A DNA stretch of 64,000 nucleotides from a virus (taxonomy: Duplodnaviria > Caudoviricetes), in the IMG/VR virus record IMGVR_UViG_3300009702_001278, positions 1,779 through 65,778 of that record; one strand, written 5' to 3'. Below, piece by piece: positions 47,959-57,738 of the stretch (position 1 is its first letter; every line of letters starts with the position of its first letter). The notes beneath the pieces were generated by a model. That model worked only from the letters and a program-made list of their open reading frames with translations, searched no databases and was not told the origin of the DNA. Position numbers and translations under genes: made by a program.

Positions 47959-48833
47959 AGAATTTCAATCCTCTTTCGATACTTTCGGTTAAACTCGACT
48001 GCACCTTTTTCAAACAAAGACACAATCCGATCCGTTTCTAATAATTTCACGTCAACCATCTCAAACTCAAGACCGTTGTTTTTACAAAATTCAATCGCGG
48101 CCTTTCTCTTAAGTATATTCGATGGAGTTTCCATTAACTGCTTTGGTTTAACTTCTACCAGCACTTTGTTGTCTACTAGAAAATCCGGTCTATATGTTCT
48201 TGAAGTGCCATCGTAATTGGTATACGGTATAAAGAACTCCTTAGTTTCAGCACTTCGCCATTCATGATCATTTCCCTCAAGAACCCTAATCATATATGAC
48301 AGCTCTCGAAGACTTCGGAAATACCATCCTTTATACCATCCTCCCCAGCCGCCACCAGACCCCTTTGGAGCAGGCTTCCCGTACATAGGGTTGTTCTCAC
48401 CAGAAGAATTCTCCGATTGAACCTTAAGCCACTTCGCAAACTTTTTTGCAGCTACTTCCCCTCCAAGTTGATCTTTCCAAATGTCATAGAAGCTCCTGCC
48501 AAACATCCCATTCTGAGTACCCATCCTTGCAGAGGTTTTTTTGAATTCTTCCGTCTGAGTGTAGCTGCGATCAACCTCTTCACTCAAATACTTCTTAGTT
48601 TCTTCCGAATGTTTTTTCCCATAAAACGAGTTCTTTTCTCCAACCCGTTTTTTGGCTCTCTCCGATCTTTCCTTCTTTATTTCTAATCGCGATCCTACTT
48701 CCTTCGATCTGCAAGAACGACATAGTTTCTTGTCTTTATCTGCGCGATTCCTATTCTTAATATTCGCATAAGTTAACTCTATCTTACATTCAGGGCAATT
48801 CCTTAAAAAAGGAGGTAAAGATTTCTTTCGCAT
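47925..48833 (-). CDS. free-standing endonuclease (NUMOD3 repeats plus TnsA-N-like PD-(D/E)XK domain)
   Basis: NSFYGKKHSEETK, GENNPMYGK, FRSLREL, YRPDFLV...VEVKP. Confidence 0.82.
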   Translation of the reverse strand: MRKKSLPPFLRNCPECKIELTYANIKNRNRADKDKKLCRSCRSKEVGSRLEIKKERSERAKKRVGEKNSFYGKKHSEETKKYLSEEVDRSYTQTEEFKKTSARMGTQNGMFGRSFYDIWKDQLGGEVAAKKFAKWLKVQSENSSGENNPMYGKPAPKGSGGGWGGWYKGWYFRSLRELSYMIRVLEGNDHEWRSAETKEFFIPYTNYDGTSRTYRPDFLVDNKVLVEVKPKQLMETPSNILKRKAAIEFCKNNGLEFEMVDVKLLETDRIVSLFEKGAVEFNRKYRKRIEILCKKMKNRKLR

Positions 48834-48868
48834 AATAGTTTCTCCTCGTCGGATAGCCCGACACAGGA

Positions 48869-49867
48869 CTATTCTACGAAAATTTGATGTTCTCCTTCAT
48901 CAGAAATCTTTTTTACTCTGATTTTTGTATCACCCAAAACACAACCTGGAATGCCCACAAGCAGCACTCCCTTTGGGTTGTCCAGTCCGAAGTCTCTGGC
49001 ATCGGATTTGAAACCAAGCCTACGCATACCTAGCCATTCTTTCAGATTGTCAAGTCCACCGATCTGGTCAAACGAGAACCTACTATCCCTGTACTCCAAG
49101 ATACCTCCCTTACGGATAATCTGTTTCTTTTCGTCTAGGATAGTTGATATATCGAACGTTTTCGTCTTGACCAACGATTTAGCATAGGCATTCTCTGCCT
49201 CGGTAATCGTCAATCCCGTCGTTGAATGTAGAATCTCTTCCCGGTTGTCTCTTGCAGACTTCAAGGCATTAGGAAAACGAGCTGGGATATGTTTGCACAT
49301 CTTCGTGAAAGAAACTTCGACCTCTTCTCGGGACGGGGGCGGAAAGTCAATCAGGGTGAATTCCTTCTCTAATGCCACTGGGCAGACAAAGACAGGTGAA
49401 ACAATCACAATATAACAGACCGACGTGAAGCTAGCAAACTCTTTGAAGAGCCGCTCGATCACAGGAGCACCTTCCAAAAAGTGGTGGAAGTCGAGCAACA
49501 TAAAAATCGAGCCTGCTGATGCCGATTCTTTCTCATTGGCAGACTTGGCTTGATCTATAATATAATGCAGTGCCGCCTCCGCATCGTTGTGAACTTCACT
49601 TTCTTTAGCTTGAATTTGCTGCAACGAGGAAGCATCTAACATCCCCCTGCTGAAATCCCAATGAAACAGATTAAAGCCTTCCGAATAGGCAATCAGTTTG
49701 AAGGCACTGATAACCCGACGCTCTTCTGGGCTGCGGATATAGAGTATCCGGTATCTACTCTTGATATGATAGAATAGTTCACGACCAATTTGGCCGTCAC
49801 CTAGAGCAAGTAGCTGCTGGCGATATTCCCGCCGCACCTTTGGCGTGAGGGTTATTTCCTGGCTCAT
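48869..49867 (-). CDS. N-terminal half of a Ycf46-like AAA ATPase ending in a 24-aa N-intein
   Basis: EERR, DFHHFL, EKKQII, IGGLDNLKEWL, PKGVLLVGIPG then CVLGDTKIRV. Confidence 0.88.
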   Translation of the reverse strand: MSQEITLTPKVRREYRQQLLALGDGQIGRELFYHIKSRYRILYIRSPEERRVISAFKLIAYSEGFNLFHWDFSRGMLDASSLQQIQAKESEVHNDAEAALHYIIDQAKSANEKESASAGSIFMLLDFHHFLEGAPVIERLFKEFASFTSVCYIVIVSPVFVCPVALEKEFTLIDFPPPSREEVEVSFTKMCKHIPARFPNALKSARDNREEILHSTTGLTITEAENAYAKSLVKTKTFDISTILDEKKQIIRKGGILEYRDSRFSFDQIGGLDNLKEWLGMRRLGFKSDARDFGLDNPKGVLLVGIPGCVLGDTKIRVKKISDEGEHQIFVE

Positions 49868-49887
49868 TATCTGTCCTTCTCAAGTCG

Positions 49888-50371
49888 TCAATTCTTAATC
49901 GGATGCACGATAGTATGCACCTGACCAGTTGAACACTTTATCTGGCCCTGCCTTACCTCTCCGATTTCAGTTATTATAGAGGCTAGCTTCTCATTTGCCA
50001 AGTGGGCATTTGCTTTTTCTCTGCCCTTTAGCTGGATCAACAGTTTGACGCTGTAACCTTTACCAAGGAATTTTTTGATGTGATTTACTTTGGTCGCCTG
50101 ATCATGAGGGTCAATCGTCAGACGAAACTTCATTTCCTTAAGAGACAGCGATCTGCTTGTTCTTCTGAGACTGCTTCTTCCGCTCATACTTCCATTTACC
50201 CTCATCCATAATCCGATAAACTGGGTTTTTGCCTTGCTTGCTGACCTCGATCAAGTCGAGGCCCGCATCCTCTGCATGTTGCTTGGCAGCGGCATAAGAC
50301 ATAGAGCCCAGGTTTGTACCGTCCTCATCAACAACGAGAATATTATTCCTGAACATCGTTCCGGCACTCAT
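49888..50371 (-). CDS. infC: translation initiation factor IF3, frameshifted in the linker
   Basis: IF3N (VVDEDG.NLG...GLDLIEV...RIMDEGKWKYE) stops at TAA 50138; IF3C (LKEMKFR..IDPHD..TK...KFL..G..VK...KGRE) continues in the +1 frame. Confidence 0.85.
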
Positions 50372-50380
50372 ACGTAGTTA

Positions 50381-51214
50381 TTACGCCTCCATAAAATAAT
50401 GAGTGTAGTCAATATTGTCATACTTTTTCTCGATACCGTGGAATTTCAACGCTGGTCGGGCAACCGATATGAAATCCACAACGTCCTCTTTATTATACCG
50501 ATTTGCGACAGTAATATCAAGAACCTTCGCCAAGACTTCCTTGGAATAACTTTTGAGAACGTCAGACAATTGGGCGTAGACGTTATTCAATCCATTCGCA
50601 GTAAGTACTCGGTATGCCTCCACAATGCCGTGGCCCATGAGCACGAGGCTGATACCTGACATCTTATAAAGTTCTTCTGGAGATACATCGACCTCAATCT
50701 TGATCGCACTTTTTGGAGTACCCATCGGCCTACGAGAATACTGACTAAGAAACTTGGCAATGTCACTATCACGCATCAGGCTGAAGATACCCATTGGTTT
50801 TGACGACTTCGACACAGCATATGTGCCTATCCACCAATCAATATAGTCCCGCAGGATATAATTGGTCATCGAGCCGCCAATTTCATCTACAAACTTATCG
50901 TAGAGCTTCTTGGTCCAATCTGAGTCCCGTCGGGGATTAATCTCCGGGTCAATCCCAAAGTTGGATAGACTCTGCCAGAAATACCGCACGAAATCAACTG
51001 ATTTCCAATCTTGGATTGTTCGCTCTCGCTTCTTGGGAGTAGCTCGACTAGCCCTCTTGGTCGGCTTAAAGATGGGATCAGGCCCAAGAAAGCCCGAATC
51101 GAAGATAGGCTTCATTCGCCTTTGCTTGCGCTTTGCAGGTGCACCCATTTGCAATGCGTTAAGAATCAATTCGGTGTCATTCACCTTGTAGTCTCCACTA
51201 CCATTATACATCAT
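50381..51214 (-). CDS. hypothetical protein
   Basis: 277-aa ORF; probable start GTG after GGAG. Confidence 0.6.
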   Translation of the reverse strand: MMYNGSGDYKVNDTELILNALQMGAPAKRKQRRMKPIFDSGFLGPDPIFKPTKRASRATPKKRERTIQDWKSVDFVRYFWQSLSNFGIDPEINPRRDSDWTKKLYDKFVDEIGGSMTNYILRDYIDWWIGTYAVSKSSKPMGIFSLMRDSDIAKFLSQYSRRPMGTPKSAIKIEVDVSPEELYKMSGISLVLMGHGIVEAYRVLTANGLNNVYAQLSDVLKSYSKEVLAKVLDITVANRYNKEDVVDFISVARPALKFHGIEKKYDNIDYTHYFMEA

Positions 51215-51220
51215 CCCATC

Positions 51221-51249
51221 ATCCTATCTTCTGTCTTCCCCTCAGTCAA
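51221..51249 (-). promoter_or_regulatory. putative sigma70-type promoter
   Basis: TTGACT-17 nt-TAGGAT; an additional TGTATAAT at 51203-51210. Confidence 0.4.
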
Positions 51250-51439
51250 CGATTTCTCCTTATGTTCTTTTCGTCCTCCCTCTGCGCGCAACGGCATTCC
51301 TTGTGGTTAGAGTAATCCTCTGCTTTACCAGATGTTACGCAAGCGCACCGCTATACAGTAAACGCTTCAACTTCAGGCATATTGAAACACAGACACATAA
51401 GATCACATTCAAGCTCAACCACAGATATATAATATAAAC

Positions 51440-51712
51440 CTATTGAGAACGATAGAGTAGATAGGAGACTCATTTTTAACCACATTCGACCCAGGATGTC
51501 GCCGTTTCGTCGGAACAAGTATCCGCCATTGCCGGGATTTCAGGGCCTACTCATAAGCGCTGGTAAGGCGCTAGCCCCTTATACGCTCCTGTTTTGTACG
51601 AGGGTTCTCTCGGGCTGTCACGTCATCTCAGTAAGATGCCTACATAAATGTAGGATGCCAACGATCCCGTCATTGCTGTCAGGGGACGGTGCTCCGAAAC
51701 CTGTCTCAATAG
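51440..51712. ncRNA. candidate structured non-coding element
   Basis: 9-bp closing inverted repeat plus several internal hairpins in the only long intergenic gap. Confidence 0.35.
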
Positions 51713-51716
51713 TATG

Positions 51717-53144
51717 TCATTGGGCAATAACCAGGTATTCAGAACTCCTGTTAGTTCTGCCTTGATTCTTGCGGTAGAGATAACGGTATTCGTCAGTCAG
51801 TACTTCAACTTTAACATCATCTTTGAACTGCTTTACCAGATCAACGATGTAGTCGATATCCTTCCAAGAGGTATCATTATAGGAGAAGAGCCATATTGGT
51901 ATGTGGGTAGCCGCATTAAGCATCTTTAGGAAGTGCTCTTCGTATTCTCGTTTTCTTACAAAGGTTTTAGCGTTCTGGATATGAGGTAAGTCCTCTAGAG
52001 GTTGTCCGTAGATGAACTCCTCGAAAAATCTATAGATCGTAGCGTAGTCTGAGGACTGACCGCCGTAAGGTGGATCAAAATAAGCGCATTCTACCTTTAA
52101 CCCGCTCTCTAAAAGGTCTACAACATCCATATTTGTTGCTACGCAGTCGCCTGGCATATCTAGGTCAGCAAACGTCCACCATTTGAATCCTTGTCCTGGC
52201 TTTCCTTCTGTATCACTGGCTCCCAATTTGGTATGAAAGTCCATCTCTGTAGTGCCCTCATTGTCCCACGAGGCTTTGATCTGGTTTTTCTGGTGGGACA
52301 TACGAACTTTCATCTCTGCCAGAGCTTGCCCTTTATTCATTCTGCCGCCTACAAAGCAGTCTCTCAGGACATGCTGTTGTAGATTAGCGAGAAAGGAGGC
52401 TCGTTTGATCTTTGGCTCAAGGGTTTCTACACGGCAACCCGCAGTAAAATCATCAACATACTTATGGAACCACTTATGAAACTTTAGACTGAGATCGTCG
52501 TCATAGTAAATTCCTATACGCCTATCGTGCCTCGCAGTACCCTTACCGTATGTTTCTTGTTGCTTACGCCTATGAGAGAGAATATCATGGCTAGCGTCTA
52601 CATTACCAAAGGGCAGGCGCATGATAATTGCTGCATTTACAGCTAGTCCGAGGCTTTGCAAGTGGTAGTTGCAGAGATCGTCTATATTTGCGCGAAAATT
52701 ATCAAGTTGCCTACATTCTTTCAAGGTGAATTTCCTGAATCGTACATCAGATTCACCTTCACCAAGGTAGTTATCTTCCACAAATGTTGATCGACCAGAA
52801 TTGTCGTGATTCAGAAGGAATTCCTTGTCTTTATCACTTAGCTTGATACCGGGGTTCTCTACAAAAGCAACGGCGTTGAGATAAGACGATGTAAGCACGT
52901 CATTTGCAATAACTTTCTTACCCATCAACTTGAATAGCATAGATACAGATGCGCTACCAGAGAAAGCGTCTAAAACCGAGGAGAATTTCAGACTATGCTT
53001 CTCGATAGCTCGATGGATATGGTAGAGCAACTTCTTTTTGTTCCCGGTGTAGGGCAGCGGCAGCTTCTCAATCCGTTTGATCGGAATAGAGAGATCAGTC
53101 TCATAGACATCGGGGGTGTTTGTGAACCGCCTCATTTTTCTCAT
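51717..53144 (-). CDS. DNA adenine methyltransferase (alpha class)
   Basis: PYTGNKKKL, DAFSGSASV, AND, YFDPPY, LFSY. Confidence 0.88.
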   Translation of the reverse strand: MRKMRRFTNTPDVYETDLSIPIKRIEKLPLPYTGNKKKLLYHIHRAIEKHSLKFSSVLDAFSGSASVSMLFKLMGKKVIANDVLTSSYLNAVAFVENPGIKLSDKDKEFLLNHDNSGRSTFVEDNYLGEGESDVRFRKFTLKECRQLDNFRANIDDLCNYHLQSLGLAVNAAIIMRLPFGNVDASHDILSHRRKQQETYGKGTARHDRRIGIYYDDDLSLKFHKWFHKYVDDFTAGCRVETLEPKIKRASFLANLQQHVLRDCFVGGRMNKGQALAEMKVRMSHQKNQIKASWDNEGTTEMDFHTKLGASDTEGKPGQGFKWWTFADLDMPGDCVATNMDVVDLLESGLKVECAYFDPPYGGQSSDYATIYRFFEEFIYGQPLEDLPHIQNAKTFVRKREYEEHFLKMLNAATHIPIWLFSYNDTSWKDIDYIVDLVKQFKDDVKVEVLTDEYRYLYRKNQGRTNRSSEYLVIAQ

Positions 53145-56017
53145 GAGAATATCTTCTTAGGGTTAGGATCAATATGTTCTATATCAAATTCAGGTTCAGT
53201 AGAATACATCTGCGCTCTAGCTTTAGCATGATCTGCCAAGTATTTTTGGTGCAAATGGAAGTCGATAACCGTGGGGAATGGTTTATCCTTGTCGGGTCTG
53301 ATGACTCGACCAATTCTCTGCATTGCCCTTACTTTAGATTTGCCTTGCCCCGCAAGTATCAAAGTATCCAGAGGTTTTACATCAATACCCTCGTCAAAGA
53401 TAACAGTACTTATGATGCACTTGATATCTTTGTTACGCAACTTATCGATAGCGTCGATACGTTTCTTTTTAGGACTATTGCCTGAGAGGAAATGTCCACC
53501 AGGAACCATCATTTCTAGGTACTTGCCGTGTTTAACTTGAGTCACTAATATAAGCACCAACCTATCTTGTCCTATATAGGCATTTGCTATATTGGCAATT
53601 GCGTTGTTGTAGAACTCGTTCTCTACTACTTGATCTTTGTAAACTGACTGCCATTGCTGATAGAGTGATCTCTTGCCGCGCAAATGCACCATCTTAATAT
53701 AGGGTTTCATTAAGAATGGTTTTCCAGTAGATGGATCGATGGTAGTAATCAACTCACTTGCAGTTATCTCGGCTACTTTCTTGCCGAAGCATCCCTGAAT
53801 CATCATATCATCTCCTTCATCCCTGTATGGAGTAGCTGATGTCCCATATATAAAGAAGCAGTTAGGCAAACTTCTAGTCACCAGTTGGCAAGTGTCTGCT
53901 CGCCAATGTTGGACCTCATCACAGATGGCACCTTTGGCATCGTGCAGTAGTGCTCGAATGTCTTCCCGATATTTCTGAACAGGAGTTTGGTCATCCTCAT
54001 CGTCTGCGTCAAACTTGGTTTTGGCATCCCATTTCTTACCAAGGGCTCTTACAGCGGTTTGGATAGTCAGAACGGTAATGTCACCGAACTCTATCTTACC
54101 CCCACCAATCTGTCCGACAGTGAAAGGAGACCCGTTAAGTCTGAGGAACTTCTGCAACTCAGTCCTGGCTTGGTGAGCTAGGTCGATTGAGGTGACAAAG
54201 AATAGGAAGGGAGAGACCTGAAGACGTTTGATTAACCCCGCGCAAATTGCGGTATTGTGGTTTACGAATCCTTGGGCAGAGAACTACTGAGAGCAAGGAA
54301 CTACAAAGTCATAGTTCCTGCTTATTTCAGATTTAGATGTCGCAACAGCATCATAGTGAAACTGGTCACTACAAGTGTTATTTAGTAGTTCGATTATATC
54401 ACGAGACTCGTCACATTCGTAATCTTGCGACCATGACAAAAATTTTCGTAATGATGACCTGGAAGGATTTCTGTCGGATTGAATCCATGAACGTATAGAC
54501 CCGTATGACACTCCGCTCTGGGAGAATACTTTTGTAACGTTATGATATCCAACCTTACTTCGTATAATGTCTTTAAGATTTTTGATTAGGTGCGATTGAT
54601 GCGGTATCACATCCAGGTTGCTATTCGGTTGAATCGACATCTTTTTTGTAATTTGCCTAAGTTTTCGATGTTTATGCCCTAGTTCATCTAGTCCTATGTG
54701 TTGAACAAAGATTGGTATATAATCTCTGTATATTGAAATTCGGTATGAGGGATGACAATTGGTTTGTTTAACGTGTCTGGTAGAAACTATTCCAAAGTTA
54801 AGAAGCATGACTTGGACTTGAACGGATAATCGTTCTGATGATGTTGCTAAACAAACTGCATGGTCTTCTACCCACCCATCAGACTCAAATAATCCCCTCA
54901 GAAAAGACGCAACAACTTTTTTTGGAGACTGTCGAATTCGTAAAGGAACTTCCTTGTGTATTGAAAGTGAATATTCACACCCTATCTGATACAGTTCTTC
55001 CCGGTATTTCTTATTGTGAATAAATAGTTCTCGACATTTTTCAGATGTCTTGTGTTTCTTATCGTGTAATTTGAGACCTCGTTTTTTACAATAAGTTTTA
55101 GCAAAACGTATGATATGCTCATCTTCGTTCGTGAGTCGAACAGTTGTCTTGCTGGTTAAACACCCATCACCAATGAGCAGCCCAATCCAATACCCGTCAG
55201 ACGAATTCAAAGAGTCGTTTTCTCCAAAAAGCATTTGATTTTTATGTACTACACAAAAATCGCCCTTTTTAATCTCTTGTAGGCACCGCCATTGTTGTTG
55301 TCCTTCACTTGTTAATACTTTAATTCTGTGAGATGGAGTACCACATATTTCAAATCCTGATTGAGTGGTAACTTTTATAGATTTAACCAACCCATCATAA
55401 TAAATATGAGATGATATATCAGTGCCATTTTCCGAGTCTGGGGTAGAGATAACAGATTTATGTTTGTGATATTCTCCTACATCAAGATCGCACTTAGGTA
55501 ATTCTTTGTTAAGAAGTTCTTCAAAAGTTAGGGTACCACTGTCGGTTATCACTAAGCTATCATAACGAATACATTTCCCGGCTCCGGTCGCTGCCTGAAT
55601 GATACCTCTCTGTTGGGTGGCAGCATCTTCGCAGACTTTAGACTGGTAGTCTCGTTCTATGAAATCCTCTGACAAAGAGAAATCTGTATTTTGCTCAGGC
55701 TTTTCGCGCAGATCACGGGCGCGATAGGGAATGTTTTCTTCCTTCAGGTACGATGCAACAATTGAGTAAAGACCAGTTGGAAAGTAAGTACGCGTCTTAT
55801 TCCTCCAGGCTTGGCGCTTCCAGCCATCCCAGATTCGCTTTACCTTCACCTTCTTGCCGGTTTCTTCATCCGTGCGATAAATCCACCGGTTGTACAGAGG
55901 GCTGAAGGTAAATCCTTGAGGTCTAAACGAAAGTAGTTTCTCGATTTCTTTCCACCGGGAAGTTTTTAGGTCGCCTATGATATCTACAAATACGTTACCT
56001 ACCCTCAGTTCCAGCAT
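53141..56017 (-). CDS. SF2 (UvsW/XPB-like) helicase with intein; in-frame TAG at 54284-54286
   Basis: AATGAGK|intein|T, DEVQH, SATPYR, DEGID, QRIGRVIR all in one 959-codon frame with a single TAG. Confidence 0.85.
54254..55573 (-). mobile_element. intein with LAGLIDADG domain (440 codons)
   Basis: CIRYDSLV, GTPSHRI, GLLIGDG/GLFESDG, YDFVVPCSQ*FSAQGFVNHN followed by Thr. Confidence 0.9.
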
Positions 56018-56189
56018 CAGATTCCTCGGTTCGATTAGTCATTTTCAACTTACACTCAGAGCATATACAGCCCGAGCTACCCAATTTTGCCGATCCACCA
56101 ACTATAAGATTTCCACAGCAACTACATTTGAGCAATGTCGTTCCAACTTCGACCGGCTGGCTTATGGGGTTGCTTTTCTTTATCATCAT
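55995..56189 (-). CDS. small zinc-finger protein
   Basis: CSCCG...CSEC; GGAGG RBS. Confidence 0.5.
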   Translation of the reverse strand: MMIKKSNPISQPVEVGTTLLKCSCCGNLIVGGSAKLGSSGCICSECKLKMTNRTEESDAGTEGR

Positions 56190-56361
56190 GGCGTTTACGC
56201 CTCCTTCTCCTTCTCCTCCTTTTCTTTGGAGTGAACAGGCTGCTTTGACCGTGAGGTTGAACAGGAGTACCTATCTCCCCACCGCCTGGCGAGCCTGGAG
56301 TACCTCTACTCTCCTGTCGTTGGCTTAGGCGCTTTATTGCTTTTGTCAGCCACGATTCCAC
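56122..56361 (-). CDS. small Arg-rich protein
   Basis: GTG start after GGAG; KKRRRRRRRRKR tract. Confidence 0.4.
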   Translation of the reverse strand: MESWLTKAIKRLSQRQESRGTPGSPGGGEIGTPVQPHGQSSLFTPKKRRRRRRRRKRHDDKEKQPHKPAGRSWNDIAQM

Positions 56362-56551
56362 TATTCTCCTCCAAAGTACGAAGCTCGTTAATGTAATTGA
56401 GCATCGTGCTGCATTTGACTGTCGTTCCTTGTAATTTTCTGTCGCACCTTAAGATACGACCATTATCGAGCAAATTCCTGCTCTCTTCAATACGGATAAT
56501 AATTTCTCGTATGGCGATGTCCAGCTGCTCAAGATCAACTATTGTTTCCAT
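56306..56551 (-). CDS. hypothetical protein
   Basis: 81-aa ORF with AAGGAG RBS. Confidence 0.55.
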   Translation of the reverse strand: METIVDLEQLDIAIREIIIRIEESRNLLDNGRILRCDRKLQGTTVKCSTMLNYINELRTLEENSGIVADKSNKAPKPTTGE

Positions 56552-57738
56552 ACCCTGTTCTCCTTCAATAGCACTTCAATTAACTGTCCGGGTTCAACCG
56601 CATTATGGTCATACATATCTCTTGCAGTTTCAAGCAACTCCTCAAAGTTCGACTGAGTTTTACCTTTTTCTTTGGTTCTATCTCGGATCATCAACCGTAA
56701 ACGATCTTCGTGCGGCTTCACGTTTTCCGTGGTGGGCCACATAGAACCTCTCATTGGTTCAAGTTGCTTCTCGATCAGACCCATAAGCATTGACCACTGG
56801 CTCCATTGTTGGGCAGCCTGCTGGGTCTGACTTTGTTGCTGGGCCACCTTAATGTGTTGTCTCAAAAATGTATCATCGCTAATCAACTCAGACTGCCTCT
56901 TGATAGTATTTATATGCTCATCCTCAGTCAGAGTCAAGTGGGATTCTAGCAGGACCAAAAATTCAATGATGTACTCCGGTCTGCCATCCACAGTTTTGAG
57001 GATCAAAAGTAACAGCGGTAGAATCGCATCTTTCTCGTTCAGGAGTATATTATGAACTATTTTACGGGTACGATCCGGTCCTACATTTGCTTCTAGCTGC
57101 TTGATAACCAGATGACAATGCTGTGCAGCCTCGTTATGTACAGACGCATTGCATAAAATCAACGGGTATTCGTGATAACTGATCCCTAACCGATCTATAT
57201 TATACTCGGATTCAATCTGCGTGGAAGATTCAACTATCCGGGCTGTATCCGTGAATGGGCAAGGAGTGAACAAAACGGGACGCATATATATACATCCCAC
57301 CAGAGGTTCTACTATCTCACGGATTACCGAGGATGGTACAATGACCTTCTCTAAGTTCACAAGTATGGGCGGTCCTTCAATATGGTCATCCTCATTTTTG
57401 TGAATATAATCTCTGCACATATGCAACAAACCAACGCCCATTTTATCTCGTTGCACACCATCTAGTATGTGCTCAGATAGAAGATGCTGCAATACACGAA
57501 AAATAAACATCGTCACGCAAGATGGCTGATGAACGATCACGGTATCCCCTTCAGAAGTTACCGTATCGGGTTCCTGAAATCCATGTACCTGCACGTTGCG
57601 GTTGAGCATCTGAACAACAACCGCTCTCGGCAAATCCACTTCTTGCGTCAGGAAGTATTCCGCAAATTGTAAGTCTTTAACTTTCATCTTCTTCCTTGGT
57701 CTTAGGAGGTGGTTCAGGAGGAAGTTTAGAGGAGCCAA
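56539..57738 (-). CDS. hypothetical protein
   Basis: 399-aa ORF; likely start MKVKDL. Confidence 0.65.
   Translation of the reverse strand: MAPLNFLLNHLLRPRKKMKVKDLQFAEYFLTQEVDLPRAVVVQMLNRNVQVHGFQEPDTVTSEGDTVIVHQPSCVTMFIFRVLQHLLSEHILDGVQRDKMGVGLLHMCRDYIHKNEDDHIEGPPILVNLEKVIVPSSVIREIVEPLVGCIYMRPVLFTPCPFTDTARIVESSTQIESEYNIDRLGISYHEYPLILCNASVHNEAAQHCHLVIKQLEANVGPDRTRKIVHNILLNEKDAILPLLLLILKTVDGRPEYIIEFLVLLESHLTLTEDEHINTIKRQSELISDDTFLRQHIKVAQQQSQTQQAAQQWSQWSMLMGLIEKQLEPMRGSMWPTTENVKPHEDRLRLMIRDRTKEKGKTQSNFEELLETARDMYDHNAVEPGQLIEVLLKENRVWKQ

Noticed and set aside
47925-48833. Tn7-like transposon (TnsA)
   Set aside because: Only a TnsA-N-like nuclease domain fused to NUMOD3 repeats; no TnsB/C or transposon ends, so a homing endonuclease fits better
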